Of a stretch of 64,000 nt of DNA, positions 31,493 to 40,559 are shown piece after piece. Below the pieces are notes generated by a model that was not told the DNA's origin, did not search any database, and saw only the letters and a program-made list of their open reading frames with translations. Position 1 is the stretch's first letter, and every line of letters starts with the position of its first letter. The stretch comes from an uncultured delta proteobacterium (GTDB lineage Bacteria; Myxococcota; Kuafuiibacteriia; Kuafuiibacteriales; Kuafuiibacteriaceae), in the NCBI GenBank assembly GCA_963803435.1, contig CAWDML010000001.1, forward strand, positions 2,464,001-2,528,000, read 5' to 3'. The translations under genes were made by a program, and so were the position numbers.

Positions 31493-32613
31493 ATGGCTCG
31501 AAGGTGCAGGCGAACGCGAGCAAGCACAAGGCGATGACCTACGAGCGGATGGCCGAGGAGGAGAAGCGGCTGTCTCTCGAGATCGAAGAACTGCTGGGGC
31601 GAGCGCGCACGATCGACCAAGAGGAAGACGAGCGGCTGGGCGTTGAAGAGACTGAAGAGGACATCCCAGCGGAGCTCGCTCGCCGTGAATCCCGCCTTGC
31701 CCGCATTCGAGAAGCGAAGGCTGCGCTGGAGCAGGATGCCGCCAGGGCTCGCGCGGAGAAATTGCGCAGGCAAGCCGAAGAGCAGCAGAGCAAAGCGGAT
31801 GATGCTCTTGTGGATCTGGTGGAGCAGAAGCGAGCGAGAACTCGAGCCGAGAAGGCAAGAGCGCAGGCTGACCAGCTCGAACCATCCCCAGACCCAACTG
31901 AACGAAATGATGGATGGCCGCATCATCGCGTTCCTGCAAATGTGGACGGCACACCGAGGCCCCACGCTCAGAGGAACTTCACCGACTCAGACAGCAGGAT
32001 CATGTTGAAGGAGGGAGCGTACCTCCAGGCCTACAATGCCCAAGTTGTCGTAGATGAGCACGCTCAGGTGAGTGTCGCCGAAGGGGTCAGCAACCAGGCA
32101 CCTGATCAGCAACACCTCGTCCCGATGCTCCGTGATGTGTTCGGCAACTGCGGCGATGCTCCGCGGAAGATGACGGCAGACAACGGCTATCTGAGCGCGA
32201 CCAACATCGAATTCTGCGACAACAATCAGATCGATGCCCACATCGCTGTTGGACGCGAACAGAACCAAGACGCGTCGACTCCGTCCTCATCAGCTTCGGA
32301 GCCCACACCTGCCTCGCTCGCTCACAAGCGAATGCGAGACAAGTTGCAAACGCGCGACGGCAAGGCGGTCTACGCCCGCAGGAAGAGTATCGTCGAACCG
32401 GCGCTCGGACAGATCAAAGGGGCACGAGGATTCCGCCGGTTCTCGCTACGCTCCTTCTTCAAGGTACGAGCCGAGTGGACGCTCGTCTGCCTCACCCACA
32501 ACCTGCTCAAGCTCTACCGATCGAAGCTCGACCGTCGCGAGCGTCTGACTCAAGGCAGCCATCTTCAGATCGGGACCCCGACCGGGACCGGGACCCGGAC
32601 CGGGGTCGCGTGA
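31489..32613 (+). pseudogene. IS1182-family DDE transposase lacking its N-terminal domain
   Basis: LDGSKVQANASKHKAM, TDSDSRIM, AYNAQ, ADNGY, RKSIVEPALGQIK, HNLLKL. Confidence 0.88.
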
Positions 32614-32771
32614 GCGCTTACGCGCTACACGCTCATAGCTCGTCGCGAACACCTCCGCACCGCCGGGCGCCCGCGCTCGTTGGATCGCAGCAGCGCTTCG
32701 GATACCGTCTCGCGCCATGTGCGTGCCCTCCTCGCCGTGCGGCGCTCGAACCCACCTCGACCCTTTCCGCG

Positions 32772-35336
32772 ATGGCTGAGCGCACGCTGGTCGCCGCGGG
32801 GTCGAACCTGCTCGCGCGCGGCTTCCTGGTCGTCCCGACGGATCGAAGGTCGCGCGCCGGCCAGCCGGTCAACGGTCTGTTCGCGGTGGCGCGGGCCATC
32901 CTGCGGGTCGTCGCGTTCAAGGTGCCCGCTCGCGCGGTCGCGGTGGTCGATGCGAGCCCGAACCCCGCGTGGCCGGGCCCGCTCGCCGCGCAGCACCGGG
33001 AGCTCCCGAGCCTGCTCTCAGAGCTCGGGCTCGTGGTGGTGGAGGCGGAGGAGAGCGCGTCGCTGGTCGCGTCGTATGCACAGGCGGCGCTCGCGGCGGA
33101 CGACGACGTCATCATCGCCGCCGTCGACAAGCGCTTCGCGCAGCTCGTAGGCGAACGGCTCTGGTGGTACGACGCCAACAAGGACGCGCGCTACACGACC
33201 GAGATCGTCAAGAAGCGGTTCAACGTCCCGCCCGAGCAGGTCGCCGAGTGGCTCGGGCTCGTCGGCGACGAGGACCAGCTGCCCGGCGTCGCGGGTATCG
33301 GCGCGAAGGGCGCGACCACCCTGCTCACGACCTACGGATCGATCGAGGCGGCGCTGGCGTCGATCGACGAGATCAAGGGAAGGCTCGGGAACGCGCTCCG
33401 CGCGGCGCGCGAGGACGTTCCCCGGGAGCTGTCGCGGGCGCGGCTCGACCGGCATCTCCCGCTGCCCGTGCCGCTGGGGGAGCTCGCGTATGCACCGGCG
33501 GCCACCTCCGACCTCAACGCGCTCTTCGATCGGCTCGGCTTCGTCGAGCTGTTGGCGGCCGACGGCGCCGGCGTGCAGGTCGTGGCGTGCGAGACCGAGG
33601 ACGAGGTGCTGCGCGCGCTCGAGACGCTCGGGCCGGGACCGATCACGATCCATGCGCTGCTCGAGAATCCCGCGCCCGTCCGCCAGGCCCTGGCGGGGAT
33701 CGCGCTCGCGGGCGCCGGCGAGGGAGGATTCTACGTCCCGTTCGAGGGTGCCGGGTGGAGCGTGCTTCGCGCGTGGCTGGAGGCGCCGGCAGCGCCCAAG
33801 ATGGGCCACGACCTGGTGGCGACGATGGTCGCGCTCCGCCGCGCCGGGATCCGGCTGGCCGGGATCGTGGGCGACTCGGCCTGTGCGTCACACCTCAGCA
33901 ATCCGAGCAACTGGGCGCCGCACGACCTGGGGACGGTCGCGAAGCACGTGCTCGGGCGCGCGCTTGCCGGCGAGGAGACGGTGCGGGGCGTCGAGAAGAA
34001 GAGGAAGGCGTGGGCCGACCTGCCGATCGAGCGTGCCGCGGCCTTCGCCGGCACCGCCGCCGCGGCGGCCGCCGCCGTCTGGAACGCGCTCTCCCCGACG
34101 GTCGATCGCGCGCTGCTCGACGAGTACCTCGAGCTCTCCGACACCCTGGTCAGGATGGAGCTCACCGGCTTGATCGTGGACCCCGCGGAGCTCGAGCGTA
34201 CCGAGGTCGCGTTCGCGGAGATCGAGGCCGAGCTCGCCCAGGAGATCGAATCGCTCGCCGGCCATTCGTTCAACTTCAACTCGACGAAGCAGCTCGGCAC
34301 CGTCCTTTACGAAGAGCTCGGCCTCCCCATCGCGAGCCGGACCAAGACCGGCTGGAGCACCTCGATGGAGGCGCTGGAGAGGATCGAGCACGCGCACCCG
34401 CTCGTGCCGCTGGTCATCCGCTGGCGGAGGCTCCGCCGCCTGCGCGACAGCTGGCTCATCGCGCTGCGCCGGTTCATCGACGACGACGGTCGCGTCCACT
34501 CCCGCTTCCATCTGGCCCGCTCCTTCTCCGGTCACCTGATCAACACCAGCCCGGATCTGGGCCGGGTCCCGGGACGCACGCCCGAGATGGCACGGATCCG
34601 TCGCGCGTTCGTCGCCGCGCCCGGCCGGCTCTTGATGTCCGTCGACTTCAATCAGCTCGGCCTCTACGTGCTGGCTCACCTGAGCAAGGATCCCTCCCTG
34701 ATCGAACCGCTGACCCGCCGCGAGGACCTGCATACGCTGACGGCGGCGGCGGTCCTCGACAAGCCGGCCGAGACGATCACGATCGACGAGCGCCAGATCG
34801 GTAAGGTCGTCAACTTCGCGACGTTCGCCGGCCAGGGTTCGAGCGCGCTCGCGCTCCAGCTCGGCATCTCGGCGCAGGATGCCAAGGCCATGATCGAGCG
34901 CTTCGATCGACGCTACTCCGCGGTGCGCGCGTTTCAGGAGGAGCAGCTCCGCCTCGCGCGCGCGCGCGGCTGGGTCGAGACGGTCTCGGGTCGGCGGTGG
35001 CCGATCGGTGGCCTCGAGTCGCTCGACCCGCACGACCGTTCGTATGCCGAGCGGTTGGCGCGCAGAGCCAGCCACGAGGGTTCGGTCGCCGACGTCTCGC
35101 GCCGCGCCTTGCTCGAGGCAGATCGCGCGCTCCGCCGGGAAGGCCTCGGCACCGTGCCGGTGCTGCAGGTCCTCGACGAGGTCCTGTTCGACGTCCCCGA
35201 AGCGGAGCTGGCCGCCGCCGCAAAGCTCACCGCGGAGGCGATGCGCCACGCGTTCGAGCTCGAGGTGCCGCTCGTGGTGGGCGTGGAGGCGGGCCCCAAC
35301 TGGGCCGACCTGGAGCCGATCCCAGATCGATCGTGA
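32772..35336 (+). CDS. Divergent DNA polymerase I (family A) paralogue
   Basis: Full PolA layout (5' nuclease/HhH LPGVAGIGAK, FNFNSTKQL, motifs A/B/C) with non-canonical residues: VDFNQLGL, NFATFAG, QVLDE. Confidence 0.85.
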   Translation: MAERTLVAAGSNLLARGFLVVPTDRRSRAGQPVNGLFAVARAILRVVAFKVPARAVAVVDASPNPAWPGPLAAQHRELPSLLSELGLVVVEAEESASLVASYAQAALAADDDVIIAAVDKRFAQLVGERLWWYDANKDARYTTEIVKKRFNVPPEQVAEWLGLVGDEDQLPGVAGIGAKGATTLLTTYGSIEAALASIDEIKGRLGNALRAAREDVPRELSRARLDRHLPLPVPLGELAYAPAATSDLNALFDRLGFVELLAADGAGVQVVACETEDEVLRALETLGPGPITIHALLENPAPVRQALAGIALAGAGEGGFYVPFEGAGWSVLRAWLEAPAAPKMGHDLVATMVALRRAGIRLAGIVGDSACASHLSNPSNWAPHDLGTVAKHVLGRALAGEETVRGVEKKRKAWADLPIERAAAFAGTAAAAAAAVWNALSPTVDRALLDEYLELSDTLVRMELTGLIVDPAELERTEVAFAEIEAELAQEIESLAGHSFNFNSTKQLGTVLYEELGLPIASRTKTGWSTSMEALERIEHAHPLVPLVIRWRRLRRLRDSWLIALRRFIDDDGRVHSRFHLARSFSGHLINTSPDLGRVPGRTPEMARIRRAFVAAPGRLLMSVDFNQLGLYVLAHLSKDPSLIEPLTRREDLHTLTAAAVLDKPAETITIDERQIGKVVNFATFAGQGSSALALQLGISAQDAKAMIERFDRRYSAVRAFQEEQLRLARARGWVETVSGRRWPIGGLESLDPHDRSYAERLARRASHEGSVADVSRRALLEADRALRREGLGTVPVLQVLDEVLFDVPEAELAAAAKLTAEAMRHAFELEVPLVVGVEAGPNWADLEPIPDRS

Positions 35337-35343
35337 GGCGTCG

Positions 35344-36486
35344 TCAGCGGAGGCGCACGCGCCGGACGTAGCCGAAGTCGCTCTCGGTGACGAGCACGTT
35401 GCCGGCGGGATCCATCGTCACCGCGCGCGGCTCACTGATCTTCGGACCGGGCGTCATGAAGTTGGCGCCGTCGCCCGCGTGGGTGTCGCCGGTGTCGCCG
35501 TCGAGGAAGAGGTGGAGGCGGCCGTCCGGATCGACGAACCAGACCTGTCCACCCTTGTGCGTGCAGACGAAGAACCCACCGTCCGGATACGACCAGACCC
35601 CACGCACCTCGTCGAGCCCGGTCATCGTGGCGAGGGCGCCATCACCGCCGCCGGTCGTCGTCCCGTTTCCGGCGATCACGGTCTTCTCCCCGGCTTCGCC
35701 GACGATGTACACCCGGTGGCCGAGACGGTCCGCCACCCGGAGCGTGCCGTCGCCCGCGACGTGAAGATTACCGAGCGAGACGAAGCCGTCCGCCAGCACC
35801 TCGACCCCGCCGCCCGCGCGCCACCGCTTGAGCCGAGTCCCGGCCGCGACGTAGGCGAGCTGCTCGTCGTCGCTCACCCAGAGCCCGCGCCCGTCACCGC
35901 TTCCGCCGACCGCGAACATCGTCGTCATCGTTCCGTCGGTGTCGACGCGACGGACCTTGTCGTTGCCGAGATCGTAGACGTAGAGCGTCCCATCCGCGCG
36001 CACCCACAGGCCGTTGGGTGAGGACAACCGCCGCTCGTTCGCAGGCCCCGGCGCGTCTCCGTCGTCCCCGGCCACGTTGGTACCCGCGACGGTCGTGATG
36101 ACCCCGTCCGTCCCCACGCGACGGATCGCGTGCGCGTCCTTGTCCGCGATGTAGACATTGCCCGCCGCATCACCGAGCGCGATGTGGGGCCGCGACAGCT
36201 CCGCCGCCGTGGCCGGGCCACCCTCGAAGGCGGGATCCCAATCGTTCTGTCCGTTGGTCCCGATCCGGCCCGCACCGGCGATCGTCTCGAGGAGGTCGTA
36301 CCGCCGAACGAGGCGGTCGAACGCCGACACCGGCTGGCCCGTATCCTCCCTCCCTCCATCGGCGTCCTCGACCGAACGGGCATCGATCGGCTCCCCTGCA
36401 TCGTCGGGGGACATCGATCCGGTCTGAGAGGAACAGCCCGCGAGCGCTGCCGCCAGCCACATGATGGGAGGGACCCGGAGAGCCAC
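35344..36486 (-). CDS. NHL-repeat beta-propeller lipoprotein
   Basis: Lipobox LAGC; GNVYIADKDAHAIRRV, ITTVAGT, SPNGL repeats. Confidence 0.8.
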   Translation of the reverse strand: MALRVPPIMWLAAALAGCSSQTGSMSPDDAGEPIDARSVEDADGGREDTGQPVSAFDRLVRRYDLLETIAGAGRIGTNGQNDWDPAFEGGPATAAELSRPHIALGDAAGNVYIADKDAHAIRRVGTDGVITTVAGTNVAGDDGDAPGPANERRLSSPNGLWVRADGTLYVYDLGNDKVRRVDTDGTMTTMFAVGGSGDGRGLWVSDDEQLAYVAAGTRLKRWRAGGGVEVLADGFVSLGNLHVAGDGTLRVADRLGHRVYIVGEAGEKTVIAGNGTTTGGGDGALATMTGLDEVRGVWSYPDGGFFVCTHKGGQVWFVDPDGRLHLFLDGDTGDTHAGDGANFMTPGPKISEPRAVTMDPAGNVLVTESDFGYVRRVRLR

Positions 36487-36590
36487 GGCGGCGCGTTATA
36501 GCACACGCACCGGCATCACCGGGTCATCACCTCTCGATGCAAGACTTGAAAGCGTGTCCAACGCCGGAGAGAGCGTGCCCGTGTCCCAGC

Positions 36591-37136
36591 TCAAGCTTCG
36601 TCACCTGGAGCGAACGCTTTCGCGTCGGGGGCCAGCGCGGCCGCGAGGCGAGCTCTGAGCTGCTCGGGGAGCGGCGCGGGAGTTCGGTCCCGCTCACCAT
36701 ACTCGACGTAAACGCGCCGCCACATCGCCGCAATCGACGGGGATCGCGATCGGAGCCCGTCGAGGTCGATGCCGTAGCCGAGCATCCCGAGCGTGGCAGA
36801 TCTCTTGCCCAGCTGGAGGACCTCGAGCGTGTAGTCGATGGACCAGCCGGCCCTGGGGACCGGAGGTCGATACAGTGCCGCGGTCTCGGCGATCGGAAAG
36901 GTCGTCCGGGGCCGGCCCTCGCGCTGCGACCAGACGGCGTAAGGCTCGAGGCGCCCCGCGAGGATCCACTCCTCGAACGTATGATGAAGATCGCGATCGA
37001 CCAGGTAGAAGCTCCAGACGTTCGCGTTCTCGACCTCGTCGAAGTAGAGCCGCTTGCGCCAGACGAACACCCGAGACCAGAAGGTCTCGTCCGGGTCCGA
37101 TCTCTCCGCATGATAACGAGCGAGCGCTCGGTTCAT
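36591..37136 (-). CDS. Probable hotdog-fold thioesterase-like protein
   Basis: RLYFDEVE, LEVLQLGKRSAT and RTPAPLPEQLRARL resemble 4HBT-family patterns. Confidence 0.45.
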   Translation of the reverse strand: MNRALARYHAERSDPDETFWSRVFVWRKRLYFDEVENANVWSFYLVDRDLHHTFEEWILAGRLEPYAVWSQREGRPRTTFPIAETAALYRPPVPRAGWSIDYTLEVLQLGKRSATLGMLGYGIDLDGLRSRSPSIAAMWRRVYVEYGERDRTPAPLPEQLRARLAAALAPDAKAFAPGDEA

Positions 37137-37277
37137 GTCGAGAGCCTACCGCGGATCGCGCGCGCGAGCCGCTGCGCGTCGTCCATCATCGCCGCCAGCA
37201 ACGCAGAGCGTCCATTGGTCAGACCTCTCCATCCACGGCCACGCTTCGCGCCCACGGCCACGGGCGCGAACACGCCT

Positions 37278-37382
37278 AGAACGCGATCCGCGGTGTCATC
37301 GCCTTTCATGAGCTGCGGAGGAACAGCGAATGCCAGCACAAGTGCAACACGGAATAGCGCACGGAACGGCTGGGACCGGTTC
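37278..37382 (-). mobile_element. Decayed left end of an element related to 22469-23697, including the four-helix-bundle start
   Basis: Minus strand GAACCGGTCCCAGCCGTTCCG...CATTCGCTGTTC...ATGAAAGGCGATGAC (MKGDDTADRVL) aligns with GAGCCGGTCCAGAAACCGTTCCG...CATTCGCTGTTC...ATGAAGGGCGATGAC (MKGDDIAERLL). Confidence 0.78.
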
Positions 37383-37443
37383 TTGAGCTCGGACCTCGCG
37401 TGCTCGCCAGCGACGGATGAAAGGCGTAGATCCACCGGCACGT

Positions 37444-37800
37444 ATGAGCCACCGCACGACCCCCGAGACTCTCGACCGGATCGCCGCCCGCGCCTACCAG
37501 CGGTTCGTCGCGCGAGGCGGCGAGCACGGGCACGACCTCGAGGACTGGCTGGCGGCGGAGGCCGAGCTGGCGCCGCACGACGTCGTGTTGATCGATCCGG
37601 GCGCGCGCGAGATCGAGCTGGTGCGGGAGATCCGCGATCTCACCGGCCTGAGCCTGGTCGTGATCAAGTCGCTGATCACGGATCGAACGCGGCCGATCAA
37701 GCAATCCGTGCCGCGCCAGCAGGCCGAGGAGATCCAGCGTCGCCTCGAGACGCTGGGTGCGCGCGTCGAGGTGCGGTCGAGCGTCACCAGCGATCGATGA
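37444..37800 (+). CDS. DUF2934 domain fused to a ribosomal L7/L12 C-terminal-like domain
   Basis: IAARAYQRFVARGGEHGHDLEDWLAAEAEL + DVVLIDPG...VREIRDLTGLSL...AEEIQRRLETLGARVEV. Confidence 0.75.
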   Translation: MSHRTTPETLDRIAARAYQRFVARGGEHGHDLEDWLAAEAELAPHDVVLIDPGAREIELVREIRDLTGLSLVVIKSLITDRTRPIKQSVPRQQAEEIQRRLETLGARVEVRSSVTSDR

Positions 37801-39073
37801 GCCAACCCCGGTCGGTCTTGCGAAGGTAGCTGTCGTCCGTGGTCAGGTACGTGTCCTTCTTGCGGCGGACGCAGGCCACCAGGTCGCCGTCGTCGAGGAG
37901 GCGGCGCGCGTTTCGCTCGATGTCGGTGCTGGCGATGATGAACACCGGGCACGGTTCGAGCGTGTAGCCGTTCTTCAGATAGTCGAGCAGCTGATCCCAG
38001 ACGTACTGGGGAGAGGTGCGCGAGCGCTTGGGATCCTCGGGGGTCCAGAGCTTGTCGAAGGCCTTCCTGTCCTTCCTCCGCGCCGCCTCGAGGACCTTGG
38101 CGAGGGTGCGCTGGCCGCTCTCGAACTCGTCGAGGAACCGGCGGACCTCTTCAGTGTCCTCGGGCGGGGTGGGCTCGCGGCGGGAGACCTGGAACGGGAG
38201 CTCGGCGGGGCGGAGGCCGGCGCCGGTCTTCTCCTTCTCGTAGCCGACCTTCCAGGCCTCCTCGAGGAGCTCGGTCATGCGGAGCAGCTCGGCGTACTCG
38301 ACGCGGCGGCGCTTGGCGTCGAGCGCCTGGTCGGCAGTGCGCGCCGCCTGGATGTCGCCCCAGAGCCCGCCGAGCACCTTCTGCTGCTCGGACTTCACGC
38401 AGCCGACCTTGGCGTCGAACTCCTGGAGGAAGCTCGTGTTGAGCATGTCCTCGAGCAGGGCCTTCCGCTCGGCGACCAGGGCGACGTCGTACTTCGCGCG
38501 GAGGTAGGCGTCGACGAGCTTGTCGATGCGGCGGCAGAACGCGCGCGACTCCATCGTCGGCGGGCGCTTCCCAGGCGCCTCGATCCGATCGAGGGCCGGG
38601 GCGATGGCGGCGTTCCGGGGCTTGGCGTTGAGGAGCTCGTCCACCAGCGGGCCGACGGCGTCCGGGACCTCCTCGATCGTGCTGAAGCGCTTCGAGCTGC
38701 GCGCGGTGACCTTCGCCGTGCGCGTATCGATCAGCTTGAGCGTGACCACGTGGACCGAGCCCAGCTTACCGACCATCCCGGTGATCAACAGGCTCGCGCC
38801 CATGGCGCCGGCGATCTCCGCCATGCACGAGTTCTGATCGCAGCCGACGAGCAGCTTCTGCTGCTCCTGATCGAGCATGTCCTTGAAGTCGTTGGGGCCG
38901 AGCGCCTGCACGCCGTGCCGGTTGAGGAGCGCGTCGAGGATCAGCTCGGTGACGATCGTCCCGATCTGCGGATCGACGCCGGTCACCTCCACCTTGGGCA
39001 CGACGATCCGGTTGCCCTCCGCGCCGGCCGCGGTGACGGGCAGGAGGAGAAGAGCGACGACTGCGGATCTCAC
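37784..39073 (-). CDS. Secreted hypothetical protein with N-terminal TolB-N/CsgG-like domain
   Basis: Signal peptide; GCDQNSCMAEIAGAMGA...GMVGKLG...TLKLID. Confidence 0.6.
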   Translation of the reverse strand: MRSAVVALLLLPVTAAGAEGNRIVVPKVEVTGVDPQIGTIVTELILDALLNRHGVQALGPNDFKDMLDQEQQKLLVGCDQNSCMAEIAGAMGASLLITGMVGKLGSVHVVTLKLIDTRTAKVTARSSKRFSTIEEVPDAVGPLVDELLNAKPRNAAIAPALDRIEAPGKRPPTMESRAFCRRIDKLVDAYLRAKYDVALVAERKALLEDMLNTSFLQEFDAKVGCVKSEQQKVLGGLWGDIQAARTADQALDAKRRRVEYAELLRMTELLEEAWKVGYEKEKTGAGLRPAELPFQVSRREPTPPEDTEEVRRFLDEFESGQRTLAKVLEAARRKDRKAFDKLWTPEDPKRSRTSPQYVWDQLLDYLKNGYTLEPCPVFIIASTDIERNARRLLDDGDLVACVRRKKDTYLTTDDSYLRKTDRGWLIDRW

Positions 39074-40533
39074 AACGTCTTCAGATACTCGATCACGGCG
39101 TCCCGATCTTCCGCTGTCAGCGCATCGCCGAAGGTATGACCGGCGTTCGAGTAGCCCGGGAGGGTGGTGTCGTAGATCAACCTGCGCTTGCTGGCGTCCG
39201 GCTCGGCGGCCTGGCCGTGATCCAGGGCCGTCCAGGGCCAGCCGACCGCCTCATAGTCGTAGCCGTTGCCGTCATAGGTGCGCTGGAAATACGTCGGGCG
39301 GGTCGAGCTCTCGAGCAGGCGGCGGAGATCCGGCACCGAGCCGTTGTGGAGGTAAGGCGCCGTGAGCCAGATCCCGTCGAGCGGCGGCGCCACGTACCCG
39401 CCGGTGGGCTCGATCGACGCGATCTCGCCGTAGAAGGACTGGCTGAACCAGTCGCGGAAGCGGACCTCGTTGTTGGAGCCGGTCGAGAGCCAAGGATCCG
39501 TGCCGATCTCGTCGAGCGACACCACGAAGTTCGGATAGCGCCCGCCCTCGCCGTAGGTCCCGTGGCAGCGGGAGCAGGTGGCGAGGAACACGCCCCGCCC
39601 GCGGGTCACCTTGGCCTCGTCGAGCGGCATCGGATACGCCGGCGCCTCCAGCGTGGCCAGGTATGCGCGCACGTCCGGGAAGTAGGCGTCGATCGAGCGC
39701 GCCTCCTCGACCTGATCCACGCACAGCACCGAGGCGGTCATCATCAGGCGCGCGTGATCGCCGCGCCCGCTGCCCGGATAATAGAGCGCGTTCTTCTTCT
39801 TGTATCGCCACCAAGGTGGGACGTCGACCGGGAGCGGCAGCTCGGGCGGCGGCTCGATCAGCGTCGTGCTCGACCACGCGAGCGTGATCGGATCGCGATG
39901 GGCGAAGAGGATCGCGGCCAGGTTGTCCGCGGGGTTCGCGCCCACCACCGCGGTCACCAGATACGGCGCCGTCGCCTCGATGCGATCGGCCCACTTGCGC
40001 CACTCGATCCGCTCCGCCGGATCGTTGACCAGGAACCCGACCGCCTCCGCGGTGTCGGCCGCGCTCGCCGTGAAGTCCCGGTTCGAGTCGCCGAGACCCA
40101 CGATCACGTTCCCCTCGAACACCGAGGCGTGACAGGTGAGGCAGTTGCTCGACACCACCATCACGCTGCTGGTGGTGGTGAACGCGTTGAAGTCGTACTC
40201 GAGGGTCTCGTTCGCGCCGGTCCGTCCGGGGAGGCGGAGGTGGGCGGGCGCCGGGCCCATCACCTGGCTCCACGCCGAGTACGGTACGCCGCAGCCGACG
40301 TACCCGCCGTTCACCAGCGCGTCATAGCCGGCCGTCGGGTCCCCGGGCCGCTGCTGGGAGGGCGGGATCTCGGTGAGCGGCGGGCCGGCGTCGGGGGCCG
40401 GGGGCCCGGAGTCCGGCGTGCCTGCGTCGATCGCCACGCCTGCGTCGGGCGGTCGGCCCGCGTCGTCCCGCGGAGCGACCTCCGCGGTGCATCCGGCGGC
40501 GATCGCGAGCGGGAGCCAGAGCAGTCGGCGCAT
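39070..40533 (-). CDS. Di-heme c-type cytochrome lipoprotein (RoxA/peroxidase-like)
   Basis: CLTCH and CSRCH, LDGIWLTAPYLHNGSVP, SNAGHTFG...IEYLKTL. Confidence 0.8.
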   Translation of the reverse strand: MRRLLWLPLAIAAGCTAEVAPRDDAGRPPDAGVAIDAGTPDSGPPAPDAGPPLTEIPPSQQRPGDPTAGYDALVNGGYVGCGVPYSAWSQVMGPAPAHLRLPGRTGANETLEYDFNAFTTTSSVMVVSSNCLTCHASVFEGNVIVGLGDSNRDFTASAADTAEAVGFLVNDPAERIEWRKWADRIEATAPYLVTAVVGANPADNLAAILFAHRDPITLAWSSTTLIEPPPELPLPVDVPPWWRYKKKNALYYPGSGRGDHARLMMTASVLCVDQVEEARSIDAYFPDVRAYLATLEAPAYPMPLDEAKVTRGRGVFLATCSRCHGTYGEGGRYPNFVVSLDEIGTDPWLSTGSNNEVRFRDWFSQSFYGEIASIEPTGGYVAPPLDGIWLTAPYLHNGSVPDLRRLLESSTRPTYFQRTYDGNGYDYEAVGWPWTALDHGQAAEPDASKRRLIYDTTLPGYSNAGHTFGDALTAEDRDAVIEYLKTL

Positions 40534-40559
40534 GGGCGCTCTCTACCAGAGTGGATCGA

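Larger units (their letters stand above)
31276..32634. mobile_element. IS1182-family element with a four-helix-bundle remnant; central deletion derivative
   Basis: ATAG|GAGCGTGTAGCGCGTA ... TACGCGCTACACGCTC|ATAG: perfect 16-bp TIR with a 4-bp duplication; the IR extends to ~65 bp through CCCGGT/CCGGGT hexamers. Confidence 0.9.

Noticed and set aside
22469-32634. One composite transposon spanning both IS elements
   Set aside because: Different families and TIRs, and each element has its own target duplication (TTA vs ATAG).
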